Of a DNA stretch of 64,000 nucleotides, positions 24,681 to 37,330 are shown piece by piece. Below the pieces are notes generated by a model that did not search any database, was not told the DNA's origin, and saw nothing but the letters and a program-made list of their open reading frames with translations. Source of the stretch: Octopus sinensis (lineage: Eukaryota); contig NC_042998.1 in NCBI RefSeq assembly GCF_006345805.1, forward strand, positions 1,116,001 through 1,180,000. The letters run 5' to 3'. Within the stretch, counting starts at the first letter, position 1. Each line of letters starts with the position of its first letter. Made by a program: the position numbers and the translations under genes.

Positions 24681-25032
24681 AAATCACAAACTACAAACTA
24701 CAAATCTATCTATACAGGAGGCCTCAATGAACACAACACACACCGCTTCGGTATCAGTACTGATGACTTAGATGAGATTCAAAAGGTTTGTCCACTTTAA
24801 CTTCTAAACCGCCTACACCAAACAATAACTTAAAACAGTTGATTGCTATAAATTCTCTTCAGTTATGACTTCCTGTTTAACCATCTAGTTACCACAAACA
24901 GTCCGCCAACTCTCCTTCAGCTATCTTCTAATCGCTACTACTTCATTCATCAGTGAACAAAACAAAAGTAGCCACAACTCAGAAAGATGTCCTACAAGGG
25001 AATATTAAATAAATACAACTATGAATATGTAA

Positions 25033-25195
25033 TGTGGAGGCGCAATGGCCCAGTGGTTAGGGCAGCGAACTAAAATTGGCAGTAACGCTGCGATGGACTG
25101 GCGTTCCGTCCAGCTGGGGAGAACACATACGCCACAGACACCGGGAAACCGGGCCCATGAGCCTGGCTAGGCTTGAAAAGGGCGACAAAGAAACA
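25033..25195 (+). mobile_element. SINE family D with internal deletion that removes the B box
   Basis: Head gtggaggcgcaatggcccagtggttagggc runs almost directly into ctgcgatggactggcg. 12-bp TSD atgaatatgtaa at 25021-25032 and 25196-25207. Confidence 0.85.
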
Positions 25196-25789
25196 ATGAA
25201 TATGTAAGTGAAATAGCTAAGCAATGAAGCAAAAACGAAGGTCATCGTCAAACGCAAGACAACGACGTGATGCACAGCAAAAAAAAAGAAAAATTAAACT
25301 CAGTATCAACAAATTAAAAAATCTTCGCAAAAGTAAGCCATAGAAATGCGGGAAACAAGCATTTGCATATAACATAAGCCAGAAGACAAGCAGTAAACTA
25401 TACATACAGAGTATCAATTAACTTCACATATTTTAATGTATATAACATAAGCATTAGTTTGAGACGTAAAGCAGAAACATTGACGAAGATGTCATAGTCA
25501 GAGCAATATCGGTCACTACAAAGCGCGCCGCTAATCTGACTAATCTCCAAATAAAGTTTTATCATGTATATTTTATATTAACTCTACTATTCTCATAATT
25601 TAACTGCACTATTCTTATAACTCTGCATTCTCATATCGCAATTCGTCAGTCACTTAGTGCCAGAAAGATAGGTTTTCCTTTAACGTATAACATAGCGAGG
25701 AATCCCATCTCGTTTCGATGTCTGGAAAAAGAAATAATCCAGGAATGAAATTATATAACAACGGAATATCCTGAAGTAATTAATTAATG

Positions 25790-26150
25790 GTTTTAAATTT
25801 TAGCTCAAGCCCAACAACTTTTAGGGAAGGACAATAGTCGTTTACATCAACTGCAATGTTCAACTGGTACTTTATTTTAACGGCCTCAAAATGATGAAAA
25901 GCAAACTAAACCTCGGCGGATATTTGAACCCAAAATGTAAAACTGGATGGAATGCCGCTTTGCATTTTACCCGGCGTGCTAATGGTTTTGCCACCTCAGC
26001 GCTTTGTATTCTGAAGTAATTACTCCCTTCTGCTATCGGCTCAAGGCCTGAAATTTTGAACGGAAGATGTCAGTCGATTACATCGACCTCAGTGCTCAGC
26101 CCCGAAAAGACGAAAGACATAGTCGACCTTGGCGGAATTTATCCTAAAGT
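25790..26150 (-). mobile_element. Two adjacent diverged SINE family A fragments
   Basis: cctcggcggatatttgaaccc..cccggcgtgctaa, and gtcgattacatcgacc..gtcgaccttggcggaattt. Confidence 0.7.
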
Positions 26151-26254
26151 AATGTTAGATGCATTAGGCATCATTGTGGAACACAAAAGAGAAATAAATT
26201 TGCTGATTTGTGTATCAGTATATATATATATATCTGTGTATGTGTATATATATA

Positions 26255-26690
26255 TGTATGTATATGTAAAAAAATACAAACTGGGACAAGAACGCAAAAC
26301 ATTTAGAAGACGATACAAAAAACACGGACTTCAATCTTCAGTCAAGAACCGGATCATCCTCGCAATTTCGGCTGATTAATCTTGATATTGCTCACATCTG
26401 GCCAGCCCCAAAGGAAAATCTAAGCCAAGCGCATTAGATTCCTTGGAAGAAGCCTCGTATGTATACAAAACAAGGACGGAAAAACGGACGATGTTACACG
26501 AATAAGAATACAAAAATACGTAAAAACAATAATGATAATAATAATAACAAAAACAGGACATCACAGACAGGCCTCTTTTCGACAGGACGAGTAAACTTTG
26601 AGCTGATGTGTTAGAAAAATGCCTTAGGGCAAGAGAGAGAAAAAATGTGTCTTGCCGTGACGACTGCTGACCACGAAAAGGCCGGCAATC
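26255..26690 (-). mobile_element. Interspersed repeat homologous to the 41.2-42.2 kb family (possible Penelope-like terminal region)
   Basis: Reverse complement shares gcttagattttcctttggggctggccagat..cgaaattgc..ttgactgaaga..tgtatcgtc..gttttgcgttcttgtccca with 41203-41410. Confidence 0.65.
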
Positions 26691-27080
26691 TGTATATGAC
26701 CTTTTGACTGAATATGTGGCACCACAAGTGGATGACGCTCCACCAACTACCATTTTCGAGTAAGATGGTGCACTACCACATTGGGGACTGCGCGTTCGTG
26801 ACTTCCTAAATCAAACATTTCCAGACCAGTAGATTGGAAGGGATGGACCAATTCCCTGGTTACCTCATTGCCTGGAAATCATTCGCCTGAACGTTTTTCT
26901 ATGGGGTTACGTTAAAGACATTATGTATCGAACGAAGATACGGAATATCAACGGCCTGAAGCAAAGGATCACTGATGCCAAATTCCACCTGTGATGCGGC
27001 TATGCTACCGTGAACATGGCAAGATATTCACTACTATCTTGGTGTGTTTTGTGCAACTAATGGTGCCCAGATATAGTATC
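26688..27080 (+). pseudogene. DD41D (rosa-type Tc1/mariner) transposase C-terminal fragment
   Basis: *DGALPHWGLRVRDFLNQTFPDQ*IGRDGPIPW..LNVFLWGYVKD..Y. 41 residues lie between the second D and the position of the third (here N). Confidence 0.8.
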
Positions 27081-27116
27081 ATTGGACGCTCGGGAAAGAA
27101 AGAAAGAAAGAAGGTG

Positions 27117-27152
27117 GATTTAACGTTTCGAGCGGAGCTCTTCGTCAAAAAC
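27117..27152 (-). ncRNA. Minimal hammerhead-like motif, variant core
   Basis: gttt-TTGACGA-a-gagc tcc gctc-GAAA-cg-TT-aaat. C3U variant, extra A, ACGT palindromic stem III. Confidence 0.5.
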
Positions 27153-28254
27153 ATAGGAAAAGGAAATATCCAAGGAAGGGAAGGCGGATACACTCGCGGT
27201 CACATATTGAATGGATGTATGTATGTATGTATGTATGTATGTATGTATGTATGTATGTATGTATGTATGTATGCATGTATGTATGTATGTATATACTAAG
27301 TAACTGAGTAAGCAAATATTCACACAGCGGAGAGAAATGAGAGTTTTAAAAAATCACGAAAACATAAGAAAAGAGGAAAGAGATTTCATTGAAAGCCTTG
27401 TGAAGGAGACCGAGAAATAAGATAAAAACTAAGGCAAGACAAAAGGTTAATTGTCTTCAAATCTTCTATTAGACGTCTAAGTTTCAGGAAAGAAATACGT
27501 CGCTGTTGTTAGATACTTCACCTAAATGATACAGTTACACTATCTTTTGTTCTGTAGAAGCCAAAATGACTACATGTATAGTATGAGTGTGAGATTGTAG
27601 ATTTGATGCAGACAAAGATTATTTCTACATTCGTAGGTATATAAATGGGTCGAATGAGTTATCTGAGGGTGTATTTGAACGTCAGTGACTCTGATGGGTT
27701 CGTGAGTACAGTCATCTGTACGAAGGTGCTTGGGTCCGAGGTTATGCGTGTTTCTGAATTTTTTATGTGAATTAATAGACACAAAATACAGCACAAACAG
27801 ATTTATTTATTTATATGCATCAGTATGGTATTATATGTGTGTGTGCACGTTTGCTTGCGAGCGGGTGTGCGTGCATGTGTATGTGTGTGCGTGCGTGCGT
27901 GTGATTGTTTGTTGCGTGCGTAAGGGTAAGTGTCTGCTGGCGCATAGCGTGGTGTTCAGGTTTGAGCTTCGACCATTTGAAAGGAAATTAAAGTTGAACG
28001 TTTCTAGCTCAGCAGGAAAAGAGAGAAGAAACATGATAAGGAATGATACAAACACAAGCTATGTCATACACACACATACACACACACACACACACGCATG
28101 CACACACGCACACACACACACACACACACAGTGTACATTCATGCTTAAACACATAGATATATATTCATACTTACCTACATGCACGCATAAATATATACAT
28201 AAATAGTATGAAAAATTTGCGTCAGACATACCTTTCTTTGCTGATGTTCATGTA

Positions 28255-28402
28255 ATATTGATTTCAAACTTTAGCACAGGGCCAAGCATTTTGGGGAAGT
28301 GGATAAGTCGATTACATTCGCGCCAGTATTCAACTGGTACTTATTTTATCGATCTAAGCATTTCGCCCGGCGTAATAACGATTCTGACAGATCGCTGCCT
28401 TG
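28255..28402 (-). mobile_element. SINE family A with large internal deletion
   Basis: aagtcgattacattcg..actggtacttattttatcgatct joined directly to aagcatttcgcccggcgt. Confidence 0.7.
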
Positions 28403-29094
28403 AAACTCAAGTAATACTAAATAATATTACTCAAGTAATATTCAAGGCACTTGGGACACAACGTTTTCGCGAGATGTAGGAAATGAGTTTGGTCAAGGTA
28501 AGTGTTCACATGCAGTAGTCAAAAGAGGGAAGATCATTGACCAGGCAAGAAATGGGTGTGACAATGCTCTGTCTATCCTCCCTATCGCCAGTGAAGAAAT
28601 GTTGGAAATATGTTGGTGCTGTGAATAAAACTGGAGTCGACAAATGAATACGTCAACGGCGTAGTTAGACTTGTCTGCATTCAAAGTGCAGCAATGCTTC
28701 CGTAGGTTCAGTGTAAGTATCAGTATTTTAATATATTAGGCAAGTCAGCGGAAGTAATCTGCAACTTAGATTAAAAGGTTAAGAAGAGGTTAACTAAAAC
28801 TCTAAAAGTATTTTATGCTAAGCGAAGCGATCGAAGGAGCAGTATACGATCAGTTCAGACAGCTTTTGAGTGCTGTATCGTGCCACTTAGACCACACCTT
28901 CTGAACAGTAGAGACAGAAGTGAGTACATAACGTATACTTAACAGTAAAGATTAGGCGAAGAACTCATGAATAAGTACTCTGAGTTTACAGATGCTCCAT
29001 GTGAAGTAAGGATGGTTGGACTGACTGACTTAAACAGAATTTGAACGAGAAATACGCATTATATAAGCAGAATGTTATACATCGGTAAAATAGT

Positions 29095-29285
29095 CTTTTC
29101 TATTCTAGGCACAAGGCCTGAAATTTGAGGGAGGGGACGAATCAATTACATCGACCCCAGTGTTTTACTGGTACTTAATTTATCGACCCCCGAAAGGATG
29201 AAAGGGAAAGTCGACCTCGGTGGAATTTGAATTCACAATTTTGCGACAGGCGAAATACCGCTGAGCGTTTCGTCCGGCCTGCTAA
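29095..29285 (-). mobile_element. SINE family A
   Basis: acatcgaccccagtg..aaagtcgacctcggtggaatttgaattc..ggcgaaataccgctgagc. Confidence 0.85.
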
Positions 29286-29368
29286 CATGGATATAATAAC
29301 AACAAGGTCGCCATAACATGGATATAATAACAACAGCGTCGCCTTAACATGGATATAGTAATAACAAC
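29283..29368. repeat. Three tandem copies of a ~30-bp unit
   Basis: taacatggatataataacaaca(ag/gc)gtcgcc(a/t), repeated three times; the third copy is partial. Confidence 0.9.
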
Positions 29369-31264
29369 GAAGAACTGATTTGCATTTTCCAGTTAGAATC
29401 TATTCGAGGTAAAGTGAAACATTCCACGTTTCGTTCAGCATTTCAATGTTTTTCCATATGAAGTTCATGAGCAAACACACAGCTACGTATATACATGAAA
29501 TACACGCGCGTGCGAGTACTTACACACAAACACACACAGACACGCGCGCGCGCGTGCAATACGCTCTTGTCTCCAAGCGTGGAGACGTCCACTACACGTG
29601 TGAAAGTTTAACCACACACACACGCGTACGCAAGCACATATACGCACATACCAACCAATACAAATAATACAAATCTGAAATTATATATTCTAGTCGCTTA
29701 GCGACACAAATGAGCAATCTTTATTGAGCAGAATTATGATCAAATGTATTCCAGCCATGACTGCCACGGCTTTTTCTCTAGACATACCCTATTTTTTTTA
29801 TAAACTGTGATTTTGAGTGAGATGTGACTGCTATTCCCAGCTGGACGAGCGATTTGTGCTTTCAATTTTTAGTGTTGTTGTTCCTACTTAAATTGTACTT
29901 GTTTCTGTTGCTGTTGTTGTTATTCTTGTTGTAAGCGCAACTCTCCCTATCAGTAAAATTTATATTTGTGTTGAAGTTGACGTGAATTGTTCTTCTCAAT
30001 ATAAAACCGTCGCTGATGTTGATGTTGTTGTTATTTTCTGCCTTAATGTTATTGGAAACGATATTTTGTCGTTGCTATTCTGCAAGAAGCTTAACGTTGA
30101 TAACATTACTATTGTATTTGTTGTTATTGTTTTGCTTTCTGTCGCTGCTTATGTTTGTTTGTTTTTTGTTATTTTGTTATTTTGTTGTCACAAATAGATT
30201 TTCCTGTGTGTTTCCATTTGTTTTAAATCATTGTTTTCCCCTATAAACTTGCTGCATCGTATAAACAGGAAACACGCTTTGAACTTGCCCCCTCTTCACT
30301 ACTCTGCTTGGCAGAATGCAATGTAAGTTAACGAACAAGAATGTGAAGACGGGAAACAGACTCAGATAAGCGGAACAGAAGCAGAGACATTAAAATTTTA
30401 CTTTGCCCTCAACTTCAGCGAACCTTATGTGAAAGTGGGGGGGCTCTGACTTCAGAGAAACGGTATTAATTTTAGTTCGCAAACAAATACCATATATGGA
30501 GTCGACCAAAGAGCAGAACAAATGACATATATGATAGATAGTCTCTATGGCTTTGGATTTTCTTTCTCCCTTCTCTCTTGTATTCGTAAAATTTCTTGAA
30601 GAAACTTATTTCAGAAAGGAAGAACAAAAGAACAAATTCTTATTGTTTATAGAACATCCAAAGAAGTTTTTGATTTAATTAGAAAATCAGGGTTCAGATG
30701 AAATTCTTCCCAACATTTTGAATCTTCTAGATGAGAAACGGAAATATATGTCCATAGAAGTTGAGAGTTTATGGCTCTAAACACTTTCGATGTTAATTTC
30801 TTTTCCTTTCTTTTCCGAAAAATCCCCAGAGTTGACAAGGACAGTGATTACCTCTGATTAGTGAGACATTCGCCCACGGATGGGATGTCAGTGTCGTAGA
30901 CCTAACTTATCCCCTTAAAAAATTAGCTACATCGGATTGCGAGGCAATGAATCCCTCCTCAGTTTTACAAATAACAATCATTTACTATGTCTCTCTGGTT
31001 TGTTGATACAATATATTACTAACTCATCACCAATATAGCTATTATGCTTGCCATGTCTTTCTAGCCTTTTGGCACATTTTTTGATGAAATCATTACTCAC
31101 ATAGTAACCATGTTTAGTATAGCCGTCTTGTTTGTTGACGCTTTGTAGTAGAGCAAAACATGGCTCGCGAGCGAGTATGGATTGGACAGTAATGGACAGT
31201 AATGTACTATCCATTCGCTAACTGTTTTAGGTGTCTATATTGTCACCAGAAGATATACAGAGTC

Positions 31265-31476
31265 TCTCAACTCCATCACTTTGATCAAGTATACCGTCGG
31301 GAAGTGAGAGCTGAGGGAAGAGAGGGATACAGCCGAGCCCAGTTGGTGTTCGGGAAAACTAAGTAGATTGGAGTTGCATGAAATAAGTGCCTTATTCTAG
31401 GATGCAACGCATCACCCGGTTCAGGAAGTGAGCCCACGACCTTATGATCATTAACTGAACACTCTAACCACTTGAC
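31265..31476 (-). mobile_element. tRNA-derived SINE, diverged
   Basis: Minus head gcgtgtggtcaagtggttagagtgttcag..ggtcgtgggctcacttcctgaaccggg. Confidence 0.7.
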
Positions 31477-31769
31477 CACACGCAATCATAGTTACCATGT
31501 TTACTATACGTTTCCACTGGTCATGCCTAGATTATTCATGACTAGATTATTGCCACCAGAGTTTTATTCTGAATTTTCTGCATTCTATTATAAGACAGTG
31601 GTACAGACACGCTCATATATGTATTACCAACTATACAGATCTGTATACATATAATTTTGCACGAATTTATAAACACCTATACACGTGCTCACGCGCACAT
31701 ATATATATGTATGTGTGTATATGTATGTGTATGCAGTTATATTTGTATGTATACGTGTTGCATGTGTGA

Positions 31770-31832
<63 letters not shown>

Positions 31833-31863
31833 CAAAATAAACAACAGGATATCAAGAGGTGAT

Positions 31864-31935
31864 GCAGTACGACCGTTTCAAGCGGCTCCATTTAATTGAA
31901 CAATACAATCATTACGCAGGGCTATCCTCAGCTGC
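31864..31935 (-). ncRNA. Type I hammerhead ribozyme motif with long stem II loop
   Basis: gcag-CTGAGGA-tagc(~41 nt)gctt-GAAA-c ggtc g-TA-ctgc. Stem I gcag/ctgc, GUA triplet. The 3' half is repeated exactly in inverted orientation at 32574-32618. Confidence 0.7.
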
Positions 31936-32138
31936 TTAAATAAGTAGAAGTTTTATTCAGTTGGACAAATTAATATAATTTTGCTTAAATTCTCTAATAG
32001 AGCAAGAAGAGGGATATTGCACGGATAATACCGCACTGACTTGGTACTTCAACTTAAGTAGCTAATTCAACTGAATCTCAATTATATACATGTGTGTGTG
32101 TGTATGTATGTATGTATGTATGAATGTATGTATGTATG

Positions 32139-32172
<34 letters not shown>

Positions 32173-32178
32173 ATATAT

Positions 32179-32210
<32 letters not shown>

Positions 32211-33119
32211 ATCATGCTAATCCGTTAATCCCTACACATTTTTCTCTCTTCGACTTTTTCGTTCTTTTTCGTTTTTTTCCCCGTTCTCTCTCTATTTTTC
32301 CTCTTATCTTATAAATCTTAAAAACTAATAAATTTATATTTGAAGGCCTTCTAGTTGAGCAAAACGAAATATTACCTTACTTTATCTATTGTCATGTTTT
32401 TAGACACCATACTGAAACAAGAAAATGAGAAATATCAATGACAGATTTCGAAAAATAGATGAAAGCTCTCTGAAATCTGGTTCTTCTCTATCCTAAAGTT
32501 ATGGTTAATGAACCGACAATTACTAGTTCGATCCGTTAAAAACTACAGCCAATCCTCCTTCAAATCATACTCTTGTTCAATTAAATGGAGCCGCTTGAAA
32601 CGGTCGTACTGCATCACACACTGAAAGGAGAAAGAAATGCCAGAGTTTGCAATCGCTGATATTTTATGAGAGAAAGGCGTTTGATTATATGTAGGCTCGA
32701 TCGACAATACTAACAAAATAAGCTAGTCAAAGGATATGATATAATGCTTTTAATATGATACACCTCAGAACCATTGTGACGCTTGTTCCTTTTTCTTTAA
32801 TCATTTCTGATAGGGGTCACGTTTTCGGGTCATTAGAAAATCTAATATCTATAAATAGTTCAATGGAAAGCAGTAATATTAGTTGTGGGATGAAGCAGCT
32901 GAGATGATGTCAGATTCCAGTTATGTAAGACTTTATTTCAGATCAACTTAATTAGTGCTACCATATTTAATTAAGAAGCTAATTAGAAATAACCGTACGA
33001 GAAAAAGGGGAAAATTTAGTCAAGCACTAATATTAATTTCAACTAGTCCGATCAAAAAGAAAGCGAGAGAGAGAAAGAGACAGACAGACAGACAGAGACA
33101 GAGAAGGGGCGACTCCAGT

Positions 33120-33340
33120 TATGTTACAATTATTGATTTCACAAGGACTGAAAGTTCGGGGGAGGGGGGTAAATCGATTGCATCGACCCCAGTGGTCAAC
33201 TGGTATTTATTTTGCCAGCCCCGAAATGATGAAAGGCAAAGTCGACCACGGCAGAATTTGAACTCAGAACGTAAGAGCAAATGAAATGCCGCTAAGAATT
33301 TTTCCCGGCGTGCTAACGATTCTGCCTGCACTCTGCCTTG
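33120..33340 (-). mobile_element. SINE family A
   Basis: aaatcgattgcatcgaccccagtg..aaagtcgaccacggcagaatttgaactcagaacg..cccggcgtgctaacgattctg. Confidence 0.85.
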
Positions 33341-33934
33341 TTATGTTTAAATTATTGTTGTGAGAATCACGCGATGTACAACATCACCAAAGTAGGCATG
33401 CAAATTTGCATATTTTAGAGAATGAATTTGTGACAAATTTGCTCAGGAATCCTAGCAGCTGGGAAAATAATTGTCAGCATAGTGGTACTTTATTTAATAC
33501 AGTGTTAAAAAAAGACAATCGTCACTTAAAAGCAAGCATGACTTAGTAACGTGTACTATGCTGTCGGTAAATTATTTTAAATGCTTATGTAGTCGTTGAA
33601 CACATCTTTTCCAGCCTTCTATCTGAAGTGTGGTACAGAGTGCACAATGCACAAGAACTATGAGTTTGGAGGCGAGAGAGTGACCTCGTGTTCAGTACAA
33701 ACATTTGCACTCTATAAGAAAAATCATCTGTGCTGGTTATTCAACAAGAAATTACAAAACTGTCTTTCTCGGACTCGAGGGAAACTACATTTAATTAATT
33801 GATTAACTAATGAACTCACCATAACTATAATTATAATTTTTATTCTAGTTAGTAATGAAGCACTTCTTCATCATTAATACCTACTTTATGTCTATTACTG
33901 TATTTTCTTTTCTTTAAGTTGATTTGAAATAGTT

Positions 33935-34625
33935 CCGGCATGTCTGTGTAGCTACGAAACTCGCGTCACAACCACGTGGCTTCGAGTTCAATGCCACTGC
34001 ACAGTACCTTGAGCAAGTGTCTTCTACTATAGCCCTGAGCAGGCCAATGCCTTGTGAGTGATTTTAATTCACGGAAAATGTGTGGAAGCCTGTCGTGTGT
34101 ATGTATGCTGAGATTCCCTTCGGTCATGACTGACCATGGGATTGCTCAGAGAAAATTACCCTCCCAGGCACAAGTCCAGGCAAGGTTGTTTATGGAAACC
34201 AGCAGTCGCCCATGCATACCGGCCTCCCCTCTCCACACCACCGATGTTATCCAAGGGAAAGGCAAAGACCGATACAGCTTGGCACCAGTGACGACGCAAC
34301 TCATTTCTACAGCTGAGTGAACTGGAGCAAAGTGAAGAAATAAAGTGTTTTGCTAAAAAACACAACATGCAGCCCGGTCCGGCTTTCGAACTCACAGCCT
34401 AACGATTGTAAGCTCGAAGATCTGACCACTGAGCCATCCCACCGTCGTTTGACAACTGGTGTTGGTTTGTTTATGTCCACGTAGCTTATCGATTCGGCAA
34501 AAAAAAATAAATAGAATAACTACCAGACTTGTAAATAAATACCGAGGTCAATTTGATCGAGTAAAGCCTCGAAGGCAGTGCCACAGCACCAGTGAGTGAA
34601 ATAAATAAATATAAAAGATAAAAGA
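33935..34625 (+). mobile_element. SINE family B interrupted by an antisense SINE
   Basis: 5' half at 33935-34095, 3' half at 34440-34625, insert at 34105-34438. Confidence 0.75.
34105..34438 (-). mobile_element. tRNA-derived SINE (family D/C-like head, distinct 3' body) nested in a family B SINE
   Basis: Minus head tggctcagtggtcagatcttcgag..gagttcgaaagccggaccggg; shares cagctgagtgaactggagc with family D. Confidence 0.8.
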
Positions 34626-34703
34626 AACCTAAATTCTCTTTACTTGCATTCGTACTTAGTTCCACCCTTCGTTATCTTAATGACCCATACTTTTGGTTGC
34701 ATA

Positions 34704-35590
34704 TACAACGGGGTACTCGAAAATAACAGGAAACGTTCTTTGTGGGACAAGCCCCTCGTAATTTAGACTTCCTCCACTAGAAGCCACTTGATACAATCCT
34801 AAGGCATCGATATGCAAACCGGCGTCGTCAGGTCTAGTCTTACTGTCACGTGGTGTTTCTCTGTTTTGCAGTGCTTCTCCCTTGTTCGTCGATTCTTGCT
34901 TGTGATGGCTGAAACGAAGGGACAGCGTGCCTCCGTAAAATTGTTTTCTGGCGGGGAAAACAGCGGCCGAAACAGATCTCATACTTCAAACAGCTTTCAA
35001 GGACGCTACTATGAGCAAGACATAAGTTTACAAGTGGTATCTACGATTTAGGAATGGCCGCTTTTTCTCTTGAAGACCAATCTCGTTCAGAGTGACCGTC
35101 GACCTCCCAAACGAATGAAAACATCATGAAAATACATGAACTGATCATGAAGGGCTACCGTCGAACAATTGACGAATTTGTTGATATGATTGGTATTTCC
35201 TGGAGCTCCTGCCAACAAATTTTGAACGACGAATAACAAATGAAAAGAGCTGCAGCAAAACCTTTGCCTCGCTTACTCACGGAAGATCAAAAGCAGTTAC
35301 GACTGAATGCGGGTCGTGAACTGAAAGAATAGTTGGAAGTTGAACCGGACCGTTTTTCGAAGGTTATCAGTGGTGATGAAAGCGGTGCTACGGAATTTGC
35401 AGATGTGGAAGAGGTGAATGAAAAAACGACGGAGGCATTAAAATGTATCACTTTGCAAGAGTTCCAGCATTGCTTCGAATAGTGAAAAATGCGTCGGGAC
35501 TGGTGCATTGCTTCGAATGGAGAATTCTTTGAAGGCGATAAAAGTGTAAACATGTAAAACTAAGTGAATAAAATATTTCAAAATTCCCAT
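34704..35590 (+). mobile_element. Internally deleted mariner element
   Basis: Left end tacaacggggtactcgaaaa. Remnants MAETKGQRASVK..VYKWYLRFRNG..RRTIDE..RLLTEDQK..ISGDES are fused directly to FADVEEV..CFE..WCIASNGEFFEG. Confidence 0.85.
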
Positions 35591-35756
35591 CAAAATACTT
35601 CTTGCTCTTTCTCTCTCTCCTTCCCTCCCTCTCCCTCTCTCTTCCACTTTCTCTCACTTCCTCCCCTCTCCCTCTCTCCCTTTCTCCCCCTTTCTCTGTT
35701 GGCTTGACTTGCTAGAAATATAAGCTATACTTATTTAAACTTATGCTTTATCTGTT

Positions 35757-35985
35757 TCTTTTTTACCCACAATGCTAAACACAGAGGGTACAAACAAGGA
35801 CAGACAAAGGGATTAAGTCGATTGCATCGACCCCAGTGCGTAACTGGTACTTAATTTATCGATCCCGAAAGGATGAAAGGCAAAGTCGACCTCGGCGGAA
35901 TTTGAACTCAAAACGTAACGGCAGACGAAATACGGCTACACATTTCGCCCGGCGTGCCTACGTTTCTGCCAGCTTGCCGCCTTAT
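35757..35985 (-). mobile_element. SINE family A monomer with TSD
   Basis: Close match to family A; flanked by ttatttaaa(c/t)ttatgctttatc on both sides. Confidence 0.9.
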
Positions 35986-36789
35986 TTAAATTTATGCTTT
36001 ATCGCCTAAAAGAATGCATTAATATACTTATGTAGCTCTAAATATTGGATGACGGAATTGTTTCTTTCATCAAGGGTCAGCTCTATCAGGACTACTCCGT
36101 GTCAAAGGGGCTTCTAAACAGCATTATTGAAATTAATTCCTCTCTTATTCATAGCAGTACATTATATAGAATCATGCTATTTAAATTACTATATTAATGG
36201 TAATGAAGATGTGTTTCCATCAACTATCGAAATAATTTCTGAATTTCAGACCTCCTTTCAATATTCCACAACAAATTAGATAATTTGCTCTATTAATAAT
36301 TGCACTTTATGTTTGTTTTCCATTAAAACATTTGGCCTTGTCTTTTCTTGGATATTTAATCTTTTCTAATGGAAGCCTTTAATTTTTGTTTTACTCGGTA
36401 CACACTCAAAAATATTAAGAGAGAAAACTGAATGGCTGAGACGTTCATTTCGGAATCTGCAGTGGTTGCCAGATTCGGCATATTTCTATTGGAAAGTTGC
36501 TAAGGATATATTTAACATCAACATTATATATTTCGTCTCATTTTCGAATATTCTTTTACCTAACTTCATAATTCACCGGAAACGACTACACGGTATGTGC
36601 CTTTTGTTGGCAGTCATAACCGTTAGACACTTCACATGTATTATATTTCTGTTTTGATTACTAGTTATAGAACTGATTCATTTGTTTCGTGAATTTTGTT
36701 GGAAATTATCTCAAATGTTCTTTCGTTTCCACTAAAAATATACCCAAGCTTATGTTTAACAAAAGTAAATAATAATAGAAAACACATAA

Positions 36790-37330
36790 TAAGAGTTTAG
36801 TTTCTGATTTAGGCACAAGGCCAGCATTTTTGGGAGGGTGGTAAAGGTTAGTGGATAACATCGACCCTAGTATCATACCAGTACTTGATTTTATCGCCCA
36901 CAAGATAACAGGCAAAGTTAACTTCGGCAGGATTTGAACTCAGAACGCAAAGGGCCGGAACAAATGCCTCAAAGCATTTTCTCCGATGCTCTAACAATTC
37001 TGTTAATCCACTTCCTTTCTATAGTTGTTTGTAACATAGGATCAAAGCCAGAAACCTGGGGTTTAGTCGAGTCAGTCAACCCCAGTATTTAACTGGTATT
37101 TTATTTTACCTATCTCCGGAACGATAAAAGGCAAAGTTGACCATGGCTAGACTGGAACTGAGAATGTACAGAATTCGGACCATTTCGATGTTCTACTGAT
37201 TCTACCATTACACAAAATGATAACTGCTTCTGATTTAAACACAAAGTCAAGAATTTTGAGGCAGGTGTATTAATTGGTACCACCGACCTCAGTACTTGAT
37301 TAGTAATTTATTTTATTGGCCATGGAAGGA
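36790..37330 (-). mobile_element. Cluster of three diverged SINE family A copies or fragments
   Basis: Repeated ttttatc..ggcaaagtt..gaact motifs at 36790-37010, 37030-37210 and 37225-37330. Confidence 0.7.

Noticed and set aside
28490-29050. Possible degraded LINE RT fragment
   Set aside because: Only vague motif resemblance; no diagnostic YxDD or QG motif could be recovered.
29283-29368. CRISPR-like direct repeats (also 62277-62336 and 54255-54380)
   Set aside because: Head-to-tail tandem repeats without unique spacers, in a eukaryotic context with no cas genes.
30978-31214. 78-aa minus-strand ORF
   Set aside because: No recognisable motif or convincing splice sites; the length is within chance expectation.
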